From Thalia democratica (Eukaryota): a stretch of 64,000 bases of DNA. The notes under the pieces were generated by a model. The model did no database searches. It had not been told where the DNA came from and worked only from the letters and a program-made list of their open reading frames with translations. The position numbers and the translations under genes were made by a program. The stretch covers positions 73,594,001 to 73,658,000 of the forward strand of contig OZ241829.1 in assembly GCA_965202585.1 (NCBI GenBank), in the 5' to 3' direction. Within the stretch, counting starts at the first letter, position 1. Every line of letters starts with the position of its first letter. Below are positions 1 through 15,114 of this stretch, in pieces.

Positions 1-690
1 TACTAACCTTTAACTTATAATATTAATTAACTGTTCTTAATAAAACTTTACAGCAATAAATAATAAAGCTTTTCTAAACTTTCATTTAAAAGAGGTAAGC
101 TAGCAGCTATCTTTATTTTATAAATATATTAAATTGAACTTATAATAGTTTATTTTGAAAGTTTTTTATTTTTCATTTGATTATCAAAACATAAAACCTT
201 TTTATTTAGTAATAAACCAGCCTATTGAAAAGGTCATTTTTAAGTAATAAATGTCCTGTTAAAATTTAGTACATTTGTAGTAATAAGCTAAATATGGTAA
301 TAAAATTAAGACTAATCTTTATTCTATTCAGATTTATTTTTGTAGTTTTCTTGAATAAAAACTTTTTTAATTATTGATTATACATTTAAACTATCAATTG
401 TAAACTAAAGTTAAATTTTGTTATTACTAAAAAAAGTTTTGAACTTCATTAAACTTAAAAAACAAACAAAAGCAAGTAGTATCATATTTCGTTTATTTAT
501 TTTTATTTGTTTAAAAAATATCATGAAGTTGCTAAAAAAATATACAACAATATATTGAGTATCTCATCCACCTCTCTACTGTATTCATTATTAATATACT
601 AGTTTACAACTTTTAGTAAGATACTTTAGTTTGATTAAAAGATTAAGCTTATGCCATTAACTACTGTTTATATATAAAACGAGTGTGTAC

Positions 691-1768
691 CAGTGGCGTA
701 GCGTGGTATTTTGGTCAGGGGGTGCGCAATTTTTTTTCACAAAAAATCCTCTAAATTTAAACTTTTGTAATTAGCTATAAAAAAACTTTTTATAAATAAT
801 TTAATTGAAATAAATTTATTAAGTAAAATAAGTTCGTTGATTGTTTTAAAAAACATTTATATATTACAAAATTAAACAATTAAATAAAAGTATAAATTTC
901 ATTAGAATTACTTATACTTGCAAAAATGTAAACTTACTAAATAAAAATTGTTTTTATTACTTATAGTAAACTTAATATCTTTAAAAATTAATATATTCAA
1001 TAAAACGAAAGTATCCGTTTTTTTTTTCGGAAAAAACATCATTCTCTTTAATATACAATACAACAGTGATAACAACACCTCATTGGACATAATTTTAACA
1101 AAATTACACAGAAGTTACAATAGACCAACTTTATAACTGTTATTACAGTTTATTACAACTTTGTAAAATATTTAAAAGTATACTTTTTAGATTTAATTCA
1201 TTTGATTGTATTTGTTTAAAATAAAAATCACAAACAAAGTTTCTTTCTCATAGGCCGACACGCTTATCTTGTATGTTTACAAAAATAAAGTTCAGAAAAC
1301 TAGCAGTAGTCTTAACAATGCAGCATAAAAAAAAATTGTAAAATTGTTTAATTTTTCTTTAAGCGTGACGTATTTTTGTAAACTTTTTGTAGAAAAATAA
1401 TCTGCCATAAGGTTATACTGCAGCGGTGCGCTATATTAATTGCGTACTTTTTGAGTCTAAATTCTTATGAAGTTAATAAACTTAAAAAGTTTTTTCCTTA
1501 TGGAGTTTTTCATCAAAATCGGTGCGCATTTGCAATTACGCACCGAATCAGTATATTGAGTAACAACATTTACTTTCCTAACTTGTCACTAATTGGTATT
1601 CAAAATTTCGTTTAACTTTTTGAATACTAGATAAACATAGTTGAAAAAAGGCAAATTAAGCAGAAAAAAAAAACTATAAAGGATAAAGATATTACATTCT
1701 TTTTTTTACATTTTTATTTTTTTGGGTGGCACGCATGCGCCAGTGTCCCTCCCCACGCTACGCCCCTG
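691..1768. mobile_element. Non-autonomous hAT DNA transposon, 1078 bp
   Basis: TIRs CAGTGGCGTAGCGTGG / CCACGCTACGCCCCTG. Perfect 8-bp TSD GTGTGTAC at 683-690 and 1769-1776. No transposase ORF. Confidence 0.93.
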
Positions 1769-4044
1769 GTGTGTACTACAAAAATAATTTTTGTAAGTTT
1801 TTATATGCTTTATATAATTTGAAAAATGTTTTTGTCAATAAATTTAAATAATAATTTAAAAAAATGTTGTTAAACTTTTATTTTAAGTTAAAATAAGTAA
1901 CAAACCTCGGTGTGTAACAAAACTTTGAAAAAAATAAATTTTAAAGAATTATAAATGCATAAAATTGTAAAGAATGCTTGACAGTTAGTAAAAAATAAAG
2001 AAGATAGTTTATCCAAATAAAATATTTTTTTACAAAAAAGTATATCAGTAAAATTTATCTTTAATCTCAATTTTATACAGTTATTTTCTTAACTAAAAAA
2101 ACTTGCTGGACCTTCTGAATTGTATTTAAATAAAAATAAAAATGTGCAAATTGAATATTTTTATCGATATCAATTAAAGAATTTTATTTAAATCAAGTTT
2201 TTACTTGAGTATAAATAATTTTTCAATAATTTATTAGTTTATGACTAAAAACTTATAACTTAAAATAAGAATTTTTTTTGTACTTAACATACCTAAACAT
2301 ATACATTTATTAACAAATCTTTTTATGAATAGTTTTATTTTTGAACAATTGAGACTAAGCAAGTAAAAACGTTACAAAGTTGTTATATAAACTGAAAACA
2401 CATCTTTTACGTTTGAAATACACCATGTTTTACTGTTCTTAAAACTAAAAAAAAAACAGTTTTAAAATTTTTATGAGTGATTGCAATTTATTTTAATTTT
2501 CTTTTAACTGTTTTCAACGCCGAAAATTTTCATATAAACAAATAAATGATAGGAAACCACCTAACTTGCTCTTTAAAATTTAACTTAAAAAAAATCCTTA
2601 TTATAAAGAATATTATTTCTCTTAATAAACTTTGAAACAATAAAATTTTAAAATTTAAATTTAGTTTAACATGCATAAAATCAAATCAGTTACAAAAAAT
2701 ATTACAAATGCTTAATAACCTTAACAATAATAAAAATATATAAATTTATGTACAATCATTAAAAAAGTTTGTAAGTGATAAAAAACAAGATTCAAACTTT
2801 TAAATAGTTGTATTTTTAACTACATATAAAGTGTTTTAAAATTCTTTTGTTAACTTTTGATAAATTTCCTAAAGTTATATTTTAATTCTATATACGTTTT
2901 ACAACAACTTGTTCCTTTAATAAACTTATAGCTTCTTATTGTAAAGTACTACTTTATTAAAGACCGTTCAATGTGTCACTAGTTTGCATCGACGTCATCT
3001 ATAATGACTCATTTGTAAAAACAAAAAAAAAAACTTAAATACTTATTTTTTAAACAGTTAGAATAAAAAGTTTTTTTAAGTTTTAAACCTTTAATAACAA
3101 CACACCATAAGCATTATTTACTACATAAATAAGTACAAAAACTTCGAAAAGATTAGAAGAAAAAAAATCAAAAAATATATATGTATAATAATTTTATACA
3201 GTATTTTCATCAGCTTCTGAAAAACTTTTAAATTAAGATAAATTCTTGTTTTACGATAACAGAAGTTTTTAAACTTAGTAAGGAAGTCTTAAAATAAAAA
3301 AAATATATACAATCACGTCCATTTAAAGTTAAAATGAGTAATGCTTAAAAAAGAGTTACAATGTCAGATAAAATAAAAATAAACCATCAAATTGCTACTT
3401 GTTTAGTTTTTTTTAAAGTTTCACGGTCAAAAAATACTTTTTGCTGTAAATTTTTTTATTACAGTCTGTAAAAGTAAAATAGTTATTCAAAATACAAAAT
3501 ACAATGTGTTTTAAAGTAAAATGAGTATAAATAATTTTTTAACATTTCATTTGTTCTGTTTTTTCAGAACTGATCTTGAGTTTTAATTAGTTAGTACAGA
3601 ATTTCTTTCTTTCTTTTTTCTAGTTAAATATTAAGAAGTATGAAGAACATTGAAAAATTACATTTTTTTTACTTTAAATATAATTATTTAAGTTATATTT
3701 GCAGATTAGTAAGAATCCTGATGATAATTTGGCGTTAGTTTCTAACTGAGACATCTACAACCTTCACAGGTCAAAGAACCTGCAAGATAAATTTTAATAT
3801 AATTTCATACGATATAATCAACACAAGTATAAACACCTTATATTTCAAAAGCTTCTAACTTATTGATAAATTTAAAATGTGGTAAAATTTTTTAAAAATT
3901 TAGTAACGGTTAACTTTTATACCACTTTTATGTTTATGTCTGTGGCAAAAAAATATAACTTAGTATTTACAAACAATTACCCGAAATAACCGTACGTAAA
4001 ACATTTGATCAACCAAAAACTAGCAAAGTTATGAATCTTCGATG

Positions 4045-4150
4045 TGACGTAATAGTTGGTGTTCAAACGAATTGTGCTTAGTTATGACGTCACATTTTAT
4101 TTGATAAGGTCACTATCGGTGTGACGTCATTCATTACTCTTTTCACTGAC
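4045..4150. promoter_or_regulatory. Triple CRE-like cluster
   Basis: TGACGTAA at 4045; TGACGTCA at 4085 and 4122. Paralogous to 5445-5550. Confidence 0.55.
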
Positions 4151-5444
4151 CTGCAACACAAAACGACTAAAAGTTTGTTTGCTAAGTCACAAAAATTTGA
4201 AAGAGTTTTAAAGCTGTAAGTCCAATTAAGTGGGGTAAAGTTTTAGTCGCTGGTAATAGTGATATATGTATATAATAAGAAACTAACTTCAATTTAACTA
4301 AATTGGAATAGACATAATATCGCAACATCTCTTTCAGATAAAGATAATAATAAAATATTAACTTAGCAATAATACAATATTGTTTCACCACTAAAACTCC
4401 AAAGGCTGCAAAGGATCGTGAGTCAATATTTTAAAATCAATAATAAAAAAACAACAATTTGCAAAAACTTTTTATATAAAATATAAAGTAACAAATATAG
4501 CTTTTAAAAAGGTGTAGCATGTTCGTTATAAATAAACTTTTTTTGTACATCTTTTTACATACTTACAATTATATTACCTGTTTAAATAATTAAACAAGTT
4601 AAAACATTACTTGCAGCACTTTTAATTGTTACCAGCGTCTAAACGTGTTTAACCATTTAATTCTGTTTTAGTATAATAGTAATATAGAGGTAAGTCTTTT
4701 AAAAACTTGTAATACATTATTTAGTAGACCTTTGATTATTATTTATATTACACTTGGTGTTCTCTAAAAAAAAATATTTTTAAACTGCTAATATTTTAAT
4801 TCTAAAACATTGAAAGTTTATACTTACTTTACAAGTAAATTTAAAAGAACAAATAGGGTAACGACCAGCAAAGTGACTGGCCTTAAGAACAGAAAAAAAA
4901 AGCAAAGTAGTAGAAGTGAGTTGGCGTAGCGAAGCAACGAAGACAAAACTAAAATATTTATTTTCTAATAAACCAATACATTTAAATTAATAATGTGTAG
5001 TTTAAAATTAACGAGTAGTGTAAATTGTTATGTCTAACTGTGATTAAAGTAGTGCCATAACTAACTTTTAAAACTAATTTTAACTAACAATAAAATAGTT
5101 TTAATAAATAAAGTTACAACGTAAGTTGAAGTGTTTATTATAGAATAATACCAGACTGTCTACTACAAAACTATATCATTTGTAGTAAGACACCCAGGAT
5201 AAATACTATAAAACATAAAACTTTACTGTAACTCAGTTATTTTTAATATCAAACTTACATCTAGATAATTACAAGTATGTTATATTACATGTTAACAGTA
5301 AAATAACACACTAAAAAATCATGCATAATTACTCGTACATCAAACAAATAACTAATATGATGGCAATCAGCATAATGACGTGGCCTTAATAGTACGTAAA
5401 ACATTTATTCAACCGAAAACTAAAAAAGTTATTAACTTTCGATT

Positions 5445-5550
5445 TGACGTAGAAGTTGATGTAAAAGAAAAAGACTTAGTTATGACGTCACTGTTTTCTT
5501 AATTAGCTCATCATCGTAGTGACGTCATTGAGTACTCTTCACTGACCGTT
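5445..5550. promoter_or_regulatory. Triple CRE-like cluster (paralog of 4045-4150)
   Basis: TGACGTAG at 5445; TGACGTCA at 5483 and 5520. Shares the downstream ACTCTT(T)CACTGACC. Confidence 0.55.
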
Positions 5551-8500
5551 GACATAAAAGTACTCAAAGTTTGTTTGGTTTCAGTTTTTTATATAAAGAA
5601 GTAAAAAAAGGACAAAATTAGCCTTCCATGCAAAAGTAACTTTGTGCAGAATCCACGTTTAAAATAAAACAATTTAAAACTTATATACAACCTAAAAATT
5701 TGACATTGCATTTTATATTTTGAGCCTGAATAAACAAGTAAAGGTAAATTAATATAAAACAAAATGTATTTTAGTGTTTCAGTTCTACAAAAACATAATT
5801 TATCTAAATAAATAAATATTGTAACCGTAAAATATCAAAATCAGTATTAAGAGCTGTTAACAGATCAGATACTTTTTTTGAAAACGTTTTAAGAATTATA
5901 TCCTTATTTTAACAATTAATATAAAAATAGTAATTTACTGGATCCGGTTTTTTTTTTAAGTTAAGATCTGGCTGAGTCTGGATATTTTTACAAATAAAAT
6001 ATAGCCGTATCCGGATCGATAAATTTAAAATTTTCAGAATTTTACAGCTATCTAGACTTCTTAGTTTTAACTTTTCATTTAAAACCTATATAAGATTGTA
6101 GGAATATTTTTTTTCGACGGGTCATATTTACTTAAAAAGCTTTTAACGGACCAAACATGTAAACAAAACTTTTTTCGCAAAATTGTATTGAAATAATCAT
6201 TTGTAAGAGCTAAAACATAGAAAGATAAAACTTACAGCACATTTCAAAAACGTATTTTTTTTAGAAAAACATAGTGTGAGTTGCTATGCACAATTTTTTT
6301 CTAAAGATAAAAACTTATCCCTCCAAATGTTTCTGCTTCACGAGCTAGGTCCAGCCAACGGGCCGATTTAGCCTATAATCATGTTTTAGTTAGAAATTTA
6401 AGTGAAGATAGATAGAAAATTTCTTCAGTTTAATCTCCTTTTTGCATATTAAGGGTGGTCAACATACGGCATTCAAGTAAAATCCCGCTTGCGACTATAT
6501 TTCTAAACATAATAACTTGTACTAAAAAATGGTAAACTAACTTGTAAACAATAGTACTGGCCCAGCTTTAATTTTGAACTAGAAACCATTAATCGCGAAA
6601 AATGTTTAAAACTAGTTGAAAAAGTTTCTTCATACCTTGTCAATTCAATAAAAACCTTAATCAAAACACCGTTATAGTTAATAACGCATGTCTGTCTTAT
6701 TTACAGTATTTAGCGATTTACCTTAAATTAATTTTTTTTATTAAACTTATAAGGATAACTTTATCTTATAATCAGCTTTAATTACTATAAATACCTGAAA
6801 GTTATCTTCGTTGTTTAAAAGGTAACCTGTCAAATTTTCAAATTTAAAGAGGTTAAACCATAGCAATTATGAGTCCTGTCACAAAAATCATTAAACAGAT
6901 TAAAATTAAATTAATTTGTTTCTAAATTAAAACCCTAAATATGGTATTTAATTTGGATACTTATCATTATTTAAGAAAATCATACTTACTTGAAACAAGA
7001 TAAAGTAATAACTAGTAGCAGTAAAACATAAAACAATATGAATTCGTTTTAACTTGTTATTACGAATCTGCAGCAGTCTTTTATTGTAACCAAACACCAC
7101 AGACTGGTATGTAAAAATAAAGCAAAAAGTTAAAACATATTCAAGTTACGCAGCATTGAATGGAAAAATAACCAAAATAATCAGACGAGCAAATAACACT
7201 AATCAAAAACACTGCCTGTAAGCTTAACTGAAACGACAATTAGTAACATAGTACTAATGGTAAGAACTTTAAAAACATTTTAATAAATAAGAGTGACGAC
7301 AAAGATCGTAAACACTTCAACAGAAATGACAACAAAGATGACGAAAATAACCAAAGTTTCAGACCATCTGTAGTTGCGGTTGCAGACGGTTTTTAGTTTT
7401 ATTTTTGTTTTATTTAACAATTGCGTGAGTCAATTACAAAAACTCAAAGCTAGAACTTATCCAACTAAAACCAAAAGTACTGTTTGAGAAGTACTCTAGT
7501 TTTGGTAAGTGAATAAAGGTAAGTACTTTTGCTATTTGTATTAAAATACTTCTTTAAAAACTCGTGGGCACGTCCCTAACAAATAAAGAATAATAAAGTA
7601 ACAGAAAAAATCAAATAACCAATAGCTAACCAGATTATATATAACGGCGTTGTGTTTGGCTTCACACCGTTGTGTTTGGCTTCTTCTGATTCTTATAAAT
7701 CACCTAAAAAACAGTAAGATGATAGTAAAACGCTAAGTAAAGTTTTACAAAAATTTCTTAAAATTTTATGACAAAAATATACAATTAAACTTTTAATAGA
7801 AACTACAAAAAAACAAGTAGCTTAACAAATATTTAAAAATGTTTTTCTTATTTTCTATCGAGCACATAACAATTTTAAGCATAAACTACAACTAAAAAAG
7901 TAGTTTTTAGATTTTACTGTTGCCATTTATACAAATGTGCAATAGATTAAGTATAAACAATATAGATATAAACTGTTCATTTAATTGGTAATGCTCATTA
8001 AAATACAAACAAAACTATCAGAAACAGTAAAAATTGAATTTTGAACACAACAAAAAGCAGTTACAATTACAAATGTAAAGAAATAAAAAATCAATCAAAG
8101 AACTTTATAATGGTTAAGAATGATACACTACATCTTTAAAAATCTGAAAAAAATGTAAAATAAACGAAAAAAAAGTCAAACTAAAAACATCGCTCATATT
8201 CACAGTTGACAGTTAAGAATAAGAATAAAAAATTGAGGATAAAACTGACCGCAAAATCGAAAAATTATTGTTACGTCATAAACCATTTTTTCAGTTTTGA
8301 GGTAAGTTTATTATATATAATAAACTTGTTTTATAATATAAAAGATCCAACTTGTTGTTTTTAGTTACTGAACAAGTTGGGAAAACAATTAAAATAGACC
8401 TTTTTAACAACAAACAGTATAGAATCTGCCTTTAATTTTTGTTTAAAAACAAATATTTTACTACAGTTTTGGTTTTGAAAAGTGTTTCAACGTTTATAGT

Positions 8501-11500
8501 ATAGGTATCAAATAACTCAGCCCGAAGTCGAGCCCGCGGAAGATTTTTTTTTAGTTAATCCGCATACTAAAAAAGTTTCCGCTTTCTTTTACTGTAGATA
8601 AACTCAAAAAGTAAATAAATTTCAAAATAGTTCTATTCATTGTTAATTCGAGACTTTTCGTCTTACTTTCATAAAACTATATCAAGAGTGGAAGTAAAAT
8701 TAGTAGTTAATTTTGAAATAAGTTAGTAACTTCTAATAATATGATATAAACCATAGATATTTTAGATTTAAAATAATAATAATGTAGATAGTTTTAAGGA
8801 AGTAAGACAAAAAGCTTCGAATAAACAATAAATAATACTATTTTACTTTTTAGCTGCAAAAAATATTTACTTACGACAAAAACCTTCAAACAATGATACA
8901 TAATAAATAATAAATTTTAAAATACAAAAACTTTCAAAAAACAAAATGTTAGGACAATTTTGTAACTTCCCCAGAAAGTTGTTATCTTTAATTGACTTAA
9001 ATTAACTTCATAAAACTGAAGATAAATATACACTGCAAACTTAATGACAATAGCATTACTTATACAGACAAAATACAGTAAATTGTTATCTAACAAATGG
9101 ACTGTTAGATCATAAGATTAGAAATTTAACATTGAGGTTGTAATTTTTTCCTAAGTACTATAACAACATTACAACAAACTAAAACGTGATGTTAAAGTTG
9201 TTACTGAAAAACTTCAAAAATGTCTTGTTACGTCACAAGCGAACTTTGCGTTCGAAGCTTCAAATAAATATAAAAACAGTCAGTAACCAGAAAAACGCTC
9301 ATGTATATACAGTTGCCAGCTCAAAGCAAGAATAAAACAGTCAAGCAAAACATACCGCAAAATAAAAAAGTCTTGTTACTTAACAAGCCGCTTTTGCGGT
9401 TGGTAAGCAAGTTTATTTGTAATATTTTTCAGTAAGATAACATATAGCCGTACTTGCCGGCTTACAAATACTGTTTATAATAAACATCTAAAAAGTCATG
9501 CAATTAAACCAGTACTTTAAGATGCTGTAAATTTGAATGTAATTTGTATTTTGAACACGAGCGTTTGTGAGATTGTGGTCTTTTGTCATCAGGTTAGAGA
9601 ACTTTAAAATAAATAAGAAAAGATTTATAGAAAGTTGTTACAAGATTAAAAAAAATGTCTCAAAGTTTTTTAGAAGACATTAGTCAAAAGATTAAAAGAA
9701 TTTTTAAAAGAAACAAGTTTAACTTTATCACTTTGCACTAAAACCAGGTAATATAAAATAAATACATTTTTAATTAGCTCTTAAACTAATTTCGAACATT
9801 AATTTATTAGTTTAAAAAATAAATCTAAATAAGATGTTTAAAAACGTAGTTTAATAAATTCAAAGTTTTAAATAGTTGTTTTAAATTAAAAAAAAAATTG
9901 TAGGTGAAATTTTATATTATATATGTATAAAATATCATAAATGATATACTATATATATTTATACAAACAATAATATTTAAAACAGTGTTTCACAAGTATA
10001 GATTCTGAGAAAGTTATTAGAAATTTTTAAGTTTTAAGCGTCTTTGGTTTGTTTAAATAGTATCTAAAAATTTCATTTAAAGCAGTAAGTTTATAAAGAC
10101 TTATTTTATAGAACGCTTTTAAACTATAAAAATACAAAATTTTATTAGTTAAAAAATTGACGTAATTTCAAACTTTTTTAGGTCCTTTTCATTCTAGGTG
10201 TTTTTTTTCTTAGAACAAGGTTAACTTTGAAAATTTAAGAATTTTTTTCCAATGTTTAAATATAAAGGTGTGTACAATCGTTTATGAATGTAATAAATTA
10301 ATTGAAAAAAAAACTGATTATTTTAAGGTTCGATCATAACAACAATTTTGAAGTTTTTTAAAAACAAATATTTTTAAATTTCCATTTAATTTTATATCAC
10401 ACACAAATTAGTGTTGGTTAATTCATAATATCAAACAGTTTTAATTAATTTTTTCCTTTTAATTTTTAATTTATAATTTTCCAAGAACTACTCGGCTTTT
10501 TTTTACTTTTTTAACAAGCTAAGCCTGCATAACACTTTTTATAATTAGTTTTGCCCCTTAACTATAGTACTTGTCCACCCTTAACTACAATCAATAAAAG
10601 CGAGATTTTAAGACTAATTTAAATATTTTTTAGAATTTAGAAAGCACGGAAAATGAAACTCGAATTAAAATTATTTTTTTTTATATAGTATAATGCTATG
10701 AAATATATGAAATATTATTAGTAACTCACTGTCGCGTTTATTCTCATGTTGTTGTAGTTCGCTCTGTTCCGTTTATTCACATTTAGGTTGTTCGGTTGTA
10801 GCTTCTTAATGATGATGGCTCTTTTAAGGATCACGTTGTTTTACAAATAAGCTGTAGAAAGTTTAATTTTAAGATATATATAATATTATTATCAAAATTA
10901 AAACATTGATTGTGTCCACTTTATTTTATTCGAGAGAGTAAGATTTAAACTCCTAACTGACGTTATTACTTCCTTCGCGAATGTCTAGGCTGTAAAAAAT
11001 ATTCATTTTTAATTTTATTTCACATGATCTAGTTAAAGCTGTTTTTAGATTTAAACAAATGTACTGTAAAAAAATATTCTGATAGTAGTTAAAGTTTTAG
11101 TAAGTAATTTTCTACATTTGTTAAACCAAATGTGTATGAATAAAATTGCTTTTAAACACTTGTACTATTTTATTTTAATTGATAGTTTAAATCAGTTAAA
11201 ACAATGCTTTTATTAAAAAAAAACTAAGGTAACGGTGTTTAAATAAAATAAACTTTTTTTTTATTGAAACATTGTATATTTTAGCTTAAAGAAAACAAAT
11301 TAAGAGATCTCAACTACTGAAGGAGAAATAATGAAATTATTTTTTCAAGAATTTATGATACAAACTAAATTTCGGTCAAAAACCTCGTCAGTGCTTCAAT
11401 AAATCTATAAAGGTATGTAACATTCATGGAAAATAGAATTTAAACAATCAAATTAAAATAAAAACAAATTTTAACAACATTTAAATTTTAATAATACGAT

Positions 11501-11919
11501 TGGATTTAACGTAAAGTTTAAAGTTTAGTTAAGTTTTAAAATCAATATAACAACAATAATAATAATAAAAGCTCTATGTAGCTTTCTTTTTTCTTCTAGC
11601 TAATTTTCAAAGCAATCATTGTTTAAGCAAAATTGTAGTTAATAAAGTGAGCTTAAAATTGAAATGCAATTGAAATATCGTTAATAACTATTTATGAGAC
11701 AAAATTTAAAAATAGAATACTTTTTTTGGTATAAGAGTTTAATTGTTTTAAGAGTTATAAAACATAATAAATATTCAATTTCGAGTTGTCAAAAGTTTAT
11801 TTGATATTTGCCAGTTTTTATTAACAACTTGAGCTTCTTTTTATAGTATCAATTATCATTCAGTTATACCAACAATAATGAAAAAGAGATCAATACTTAA
11901 AAGTAGTTCAAGCATTACA

Positions 11920-12101
11920 AAGATGGCGACCGTGTTTTAGCGTAAACTAGTTTGAGTTATTCAGCTTCAAACTGCTGCTTCAGCTTTGAAAGAAAACGCT
12001 GTTTGTGACGTCACAAGCGACTTTTTCTTCCAAGCAGGCGAAGCGCTGAAGCTTCAGAGTTGATAAAGACATTTAAACCGCGCAGTGCGGTTGTAAAAAA
12101 T
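11920..12101 (+). promoter_or_regulatory. YY1-like/CRE/hairpin cassette (first half)
   Basis: AAGATGGCG 11920, TGACGTCA 12006, hairpin AACCGC-gcagt-GCGGTT 12076-12092, then GTAAAAAAT. Confidence 0.55.
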
Positions 12102-14764
12102 CTTGAAGGGAGTTAGAACGCATGGGTTAGAATACTGTAGTTGTTGCTAGAAAACTACAGTATGCTAGTTGCTTAGAATATTTGTTCCATAGAAAACAAC
12201 AAAAAAAAGTGTACAAAACGTTTAAGATTTCAAGTTTAAGCTTTAAATAACGCTGCTTTAGGTAAAGCTATGGTTAAGTTTATACCAAACCAAAATTAAA
12301 GTAAAAAAATTTAAGTTAATTTTGAAATTTACTCTGTTAGCTTAAAAAAAAGTTTTGTAGTTATGTAATTAAAAAAAAGATACATTCAAAATACAACTGA
12401 CAGTCGTTAAACACTTTGCAAATTTGATTTTTCTTAGTTTTTTTAGTTTGATATTTAAAACTATCCTGATGTTGGAACTGCAAGCTTAATCTCTGTCAAA
12501 TGCATCTTAAACATACACAAAGTTTTAATACATTTTTTCTTAGTTTAGGTTAATGCTGCTGCCGCATGAATTCTAGTACCATCTTAATTAAAACAATAGA
12601 TTTTCAACATTGTAAATAGAAAAATGTATTGAATGTAATTAACAAATCGAAAAGAAACGATAAAACAAAAAACAAAAACAAAAAGGGAGCAGACGCGCAA
12701 GCCACGCGAGCAGGTGAAGCTACAAGCGAGGAAACAAACACAGTTTACTGAAAACAAGAAAACACATATAGACAAAACGACCGCTGCTCGAGACAAAAGT
12801 TTTAAATTAGAGGATTATTTTTAATGTGTGTTTTTTTTTTGCACCCCATGGCAAAAAAAAACCGCGCGTCGCTACTGGATTGTAATATTTTGTGTTTTCG
12901 GTAGTAACGTCATATTTTCTCAACAGATCCACTTGAATTTTCACACCATAGACCTCATAGTTGTTTTGAAGATATATACCATTTTTCACGACCGTTAAGA
13001 AAGTAGTTTCGCCATAAACTTGTTTAAAATTATGCCGAGTGCGGCTCTAACTGTTTTCTTAAAAATGAATTTTAGTTTTAACATTTTTATGAGCTTAATC
13101 ACCGATTCAGCTATATTAGCTGTATCCGACATTAAAAAAATATCGAATATAAGATCAAAATTTTAAATGAACAAACTTAGTTGGAAAACTATTGACATTT
13201 ACAAATCCGAGAATACATAATTTGGCTCTATTTTTCGTCAGACCTACATATACCTACTATAAGAGCTACATAACTATTTTATGGCTTGGAGTTTTATAGT
13301 AAAATCCGTATATTAAAAGCATAAAAAAGTAAAAAAAAAACTAAGCAGGAAAGTAAACGACAATTATAAACTTGAGAAGGAATATTTTAGTTTTATTTAT
13401 TTCTTATTTCATCACTTTACAAATATTTTATAGATTAGGCTATTATAATAAATTTTATATCAGTTTAAAGCTCAATACCTCAGTTTATGTATAATTTTTT
13501 AGTTTTAGTTTTAGATAGTAAAGCTTTAACAGCGTTTCTCTAAAGCAAAATATATAACTATATCTTTTTGTAAATTTTTGTCTTTTATTTTGATAGCTTT
13601 GACCTCTACTTGAACAATATAAACGTAAGTTAAAAAAATTAGTAAATTTTTTTTTTATTTGAAAAGTTCTTCCACTTATACACTTACGTTTAGCGATAAA
13701 TATTTTTAAACGATTTTGATGTAACATTTATACCAATCACTTTAAATAATCCAAATTTTTAATTGTAAATGTTACGGCTTTTCAACATATGTATGATATG
13801 TGGTTTTGTTGATTATACAAGAAAATATATTAACAATGTTACAGTTATTGTAAAATTGCTAAACTTAATTAAGTTACTTTTTAAAAGGCAATTATACACT
13901 AAATTTGTTTTTTTTTCTAAAAACTGCATTATTTAGTAGTAAAATAATAAATTTTAACTCACCAGAACGTTCATAGCTTCGTTGTTGAATTCAAACTGAC
14001 GTGATTACTTCTTTTGCGGCTGACTAGGTTGTAAGAAAATATTTATTTGTAATTTTATTTTACATAAGCTAGTTTAATGCTGTTTTTTTATTTAAACTAT
14101 TCTGATAGTAATTAAACTTTTAGTAGGTAATTTTCTACAGTTGTTAAACCATATGTATATGACACAATTGCTTTAAACACTTATTCTACTTTAATTAATA
14201 ATTTAAACCTGATAAATAATACTTTCATTTAAATAAAAACTTAGGTTATTGTGTTTAAACAATACAAACCTTATTTTATTGAAATAATGTAATAAATTTA
14301 TTTAGAAATTTTATTTATTCATTTTTTAAAGCATATACTTTCTGTAAAAAATTTTTCTAGTCCATGGTTTTAAACAGCCTTAACACTATAAAGTTTAAAG
14401 CTTCAATTAATAACTTAAGCTTCTTCTAACATTTTGGTTTTAATTATTGCCAATAAGAATGCAAAATAAAAAATACAACATGAGTTCAGCAAAAAAAGTT
14501 TTAATCCTAAAATAAGATGGCAGCTGTGATTAAGTGCGTAAATAAGTTTAAATTTTTTCAATCTGAAACCACCTTTAGTTTTTTTTAAGTTTTCAAATAT
14601 CTAATCTTAAGTTAATAAAAGTCTTGTTAATGTTTTACAGTTTCAATCAGCCACTTAAGCTTCTCCTAGTAGTAAATTGCAATTTAAAAAAATTATTTTC
14701 TGCATTAAAAAAATGCCATTAAAATTCCAAAGTAAATCAATAAAATTTTGTGTCAATAACGTAA

Positions 14765-15114
14765 AAGATGGCGACTATGTTTAAGCGTAAAATTAACTTT
14801 AAAATTTCAAGCTGCTGTTTCAGCTTTCAATGGAAAGTGTTTAGTGACTTCACAGTGCTTTAGCTTGAAGCGGTTATCATACGTCACAAGCAACTTGTAC
14901 CGCCAAGCTTGAAACTGAACGAGTTCTGTAAAGCCGTACGAGACGACTCTAAAAATTAAAAATTGATGATTTAGAGGAAAAGTTTATTAGTGTAAATACA
15001 TCGCCAAGCAGCTTCAAACTGTTTCATAATGTGTATGGGTGCTGTCGTGTTTCTACTGTCGTGACGTCACATTTTACGGCTTTTTTTTATGACGCGCGTT
15101 TGTAAATTTGAGAG
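14765..15114 (+). promoter_or_regulatory. Full CRE/hairpin cassette
   Basis: AAGATGGCG 14765, TGACTTCA 14845, TACGTCA 14880, hairpin 14932-14948, TGACGTCA 15062, TGACGC 15090, TTGAGAG 15108. Confidence 0.55.

Noticed and set aside
10817-10832. Histone 3' stem-loop (GGCTCTTTT...)
   Set aside because: The 3' arm does not pair and there is no histone ORF.
12076-12125. Cassette as a Helitron 3' end
   Set aside because: No consistent CTRR terminus 10-15 nt after the hairpins, and homology continues past them into module B; not fully excluded without a TE library search.
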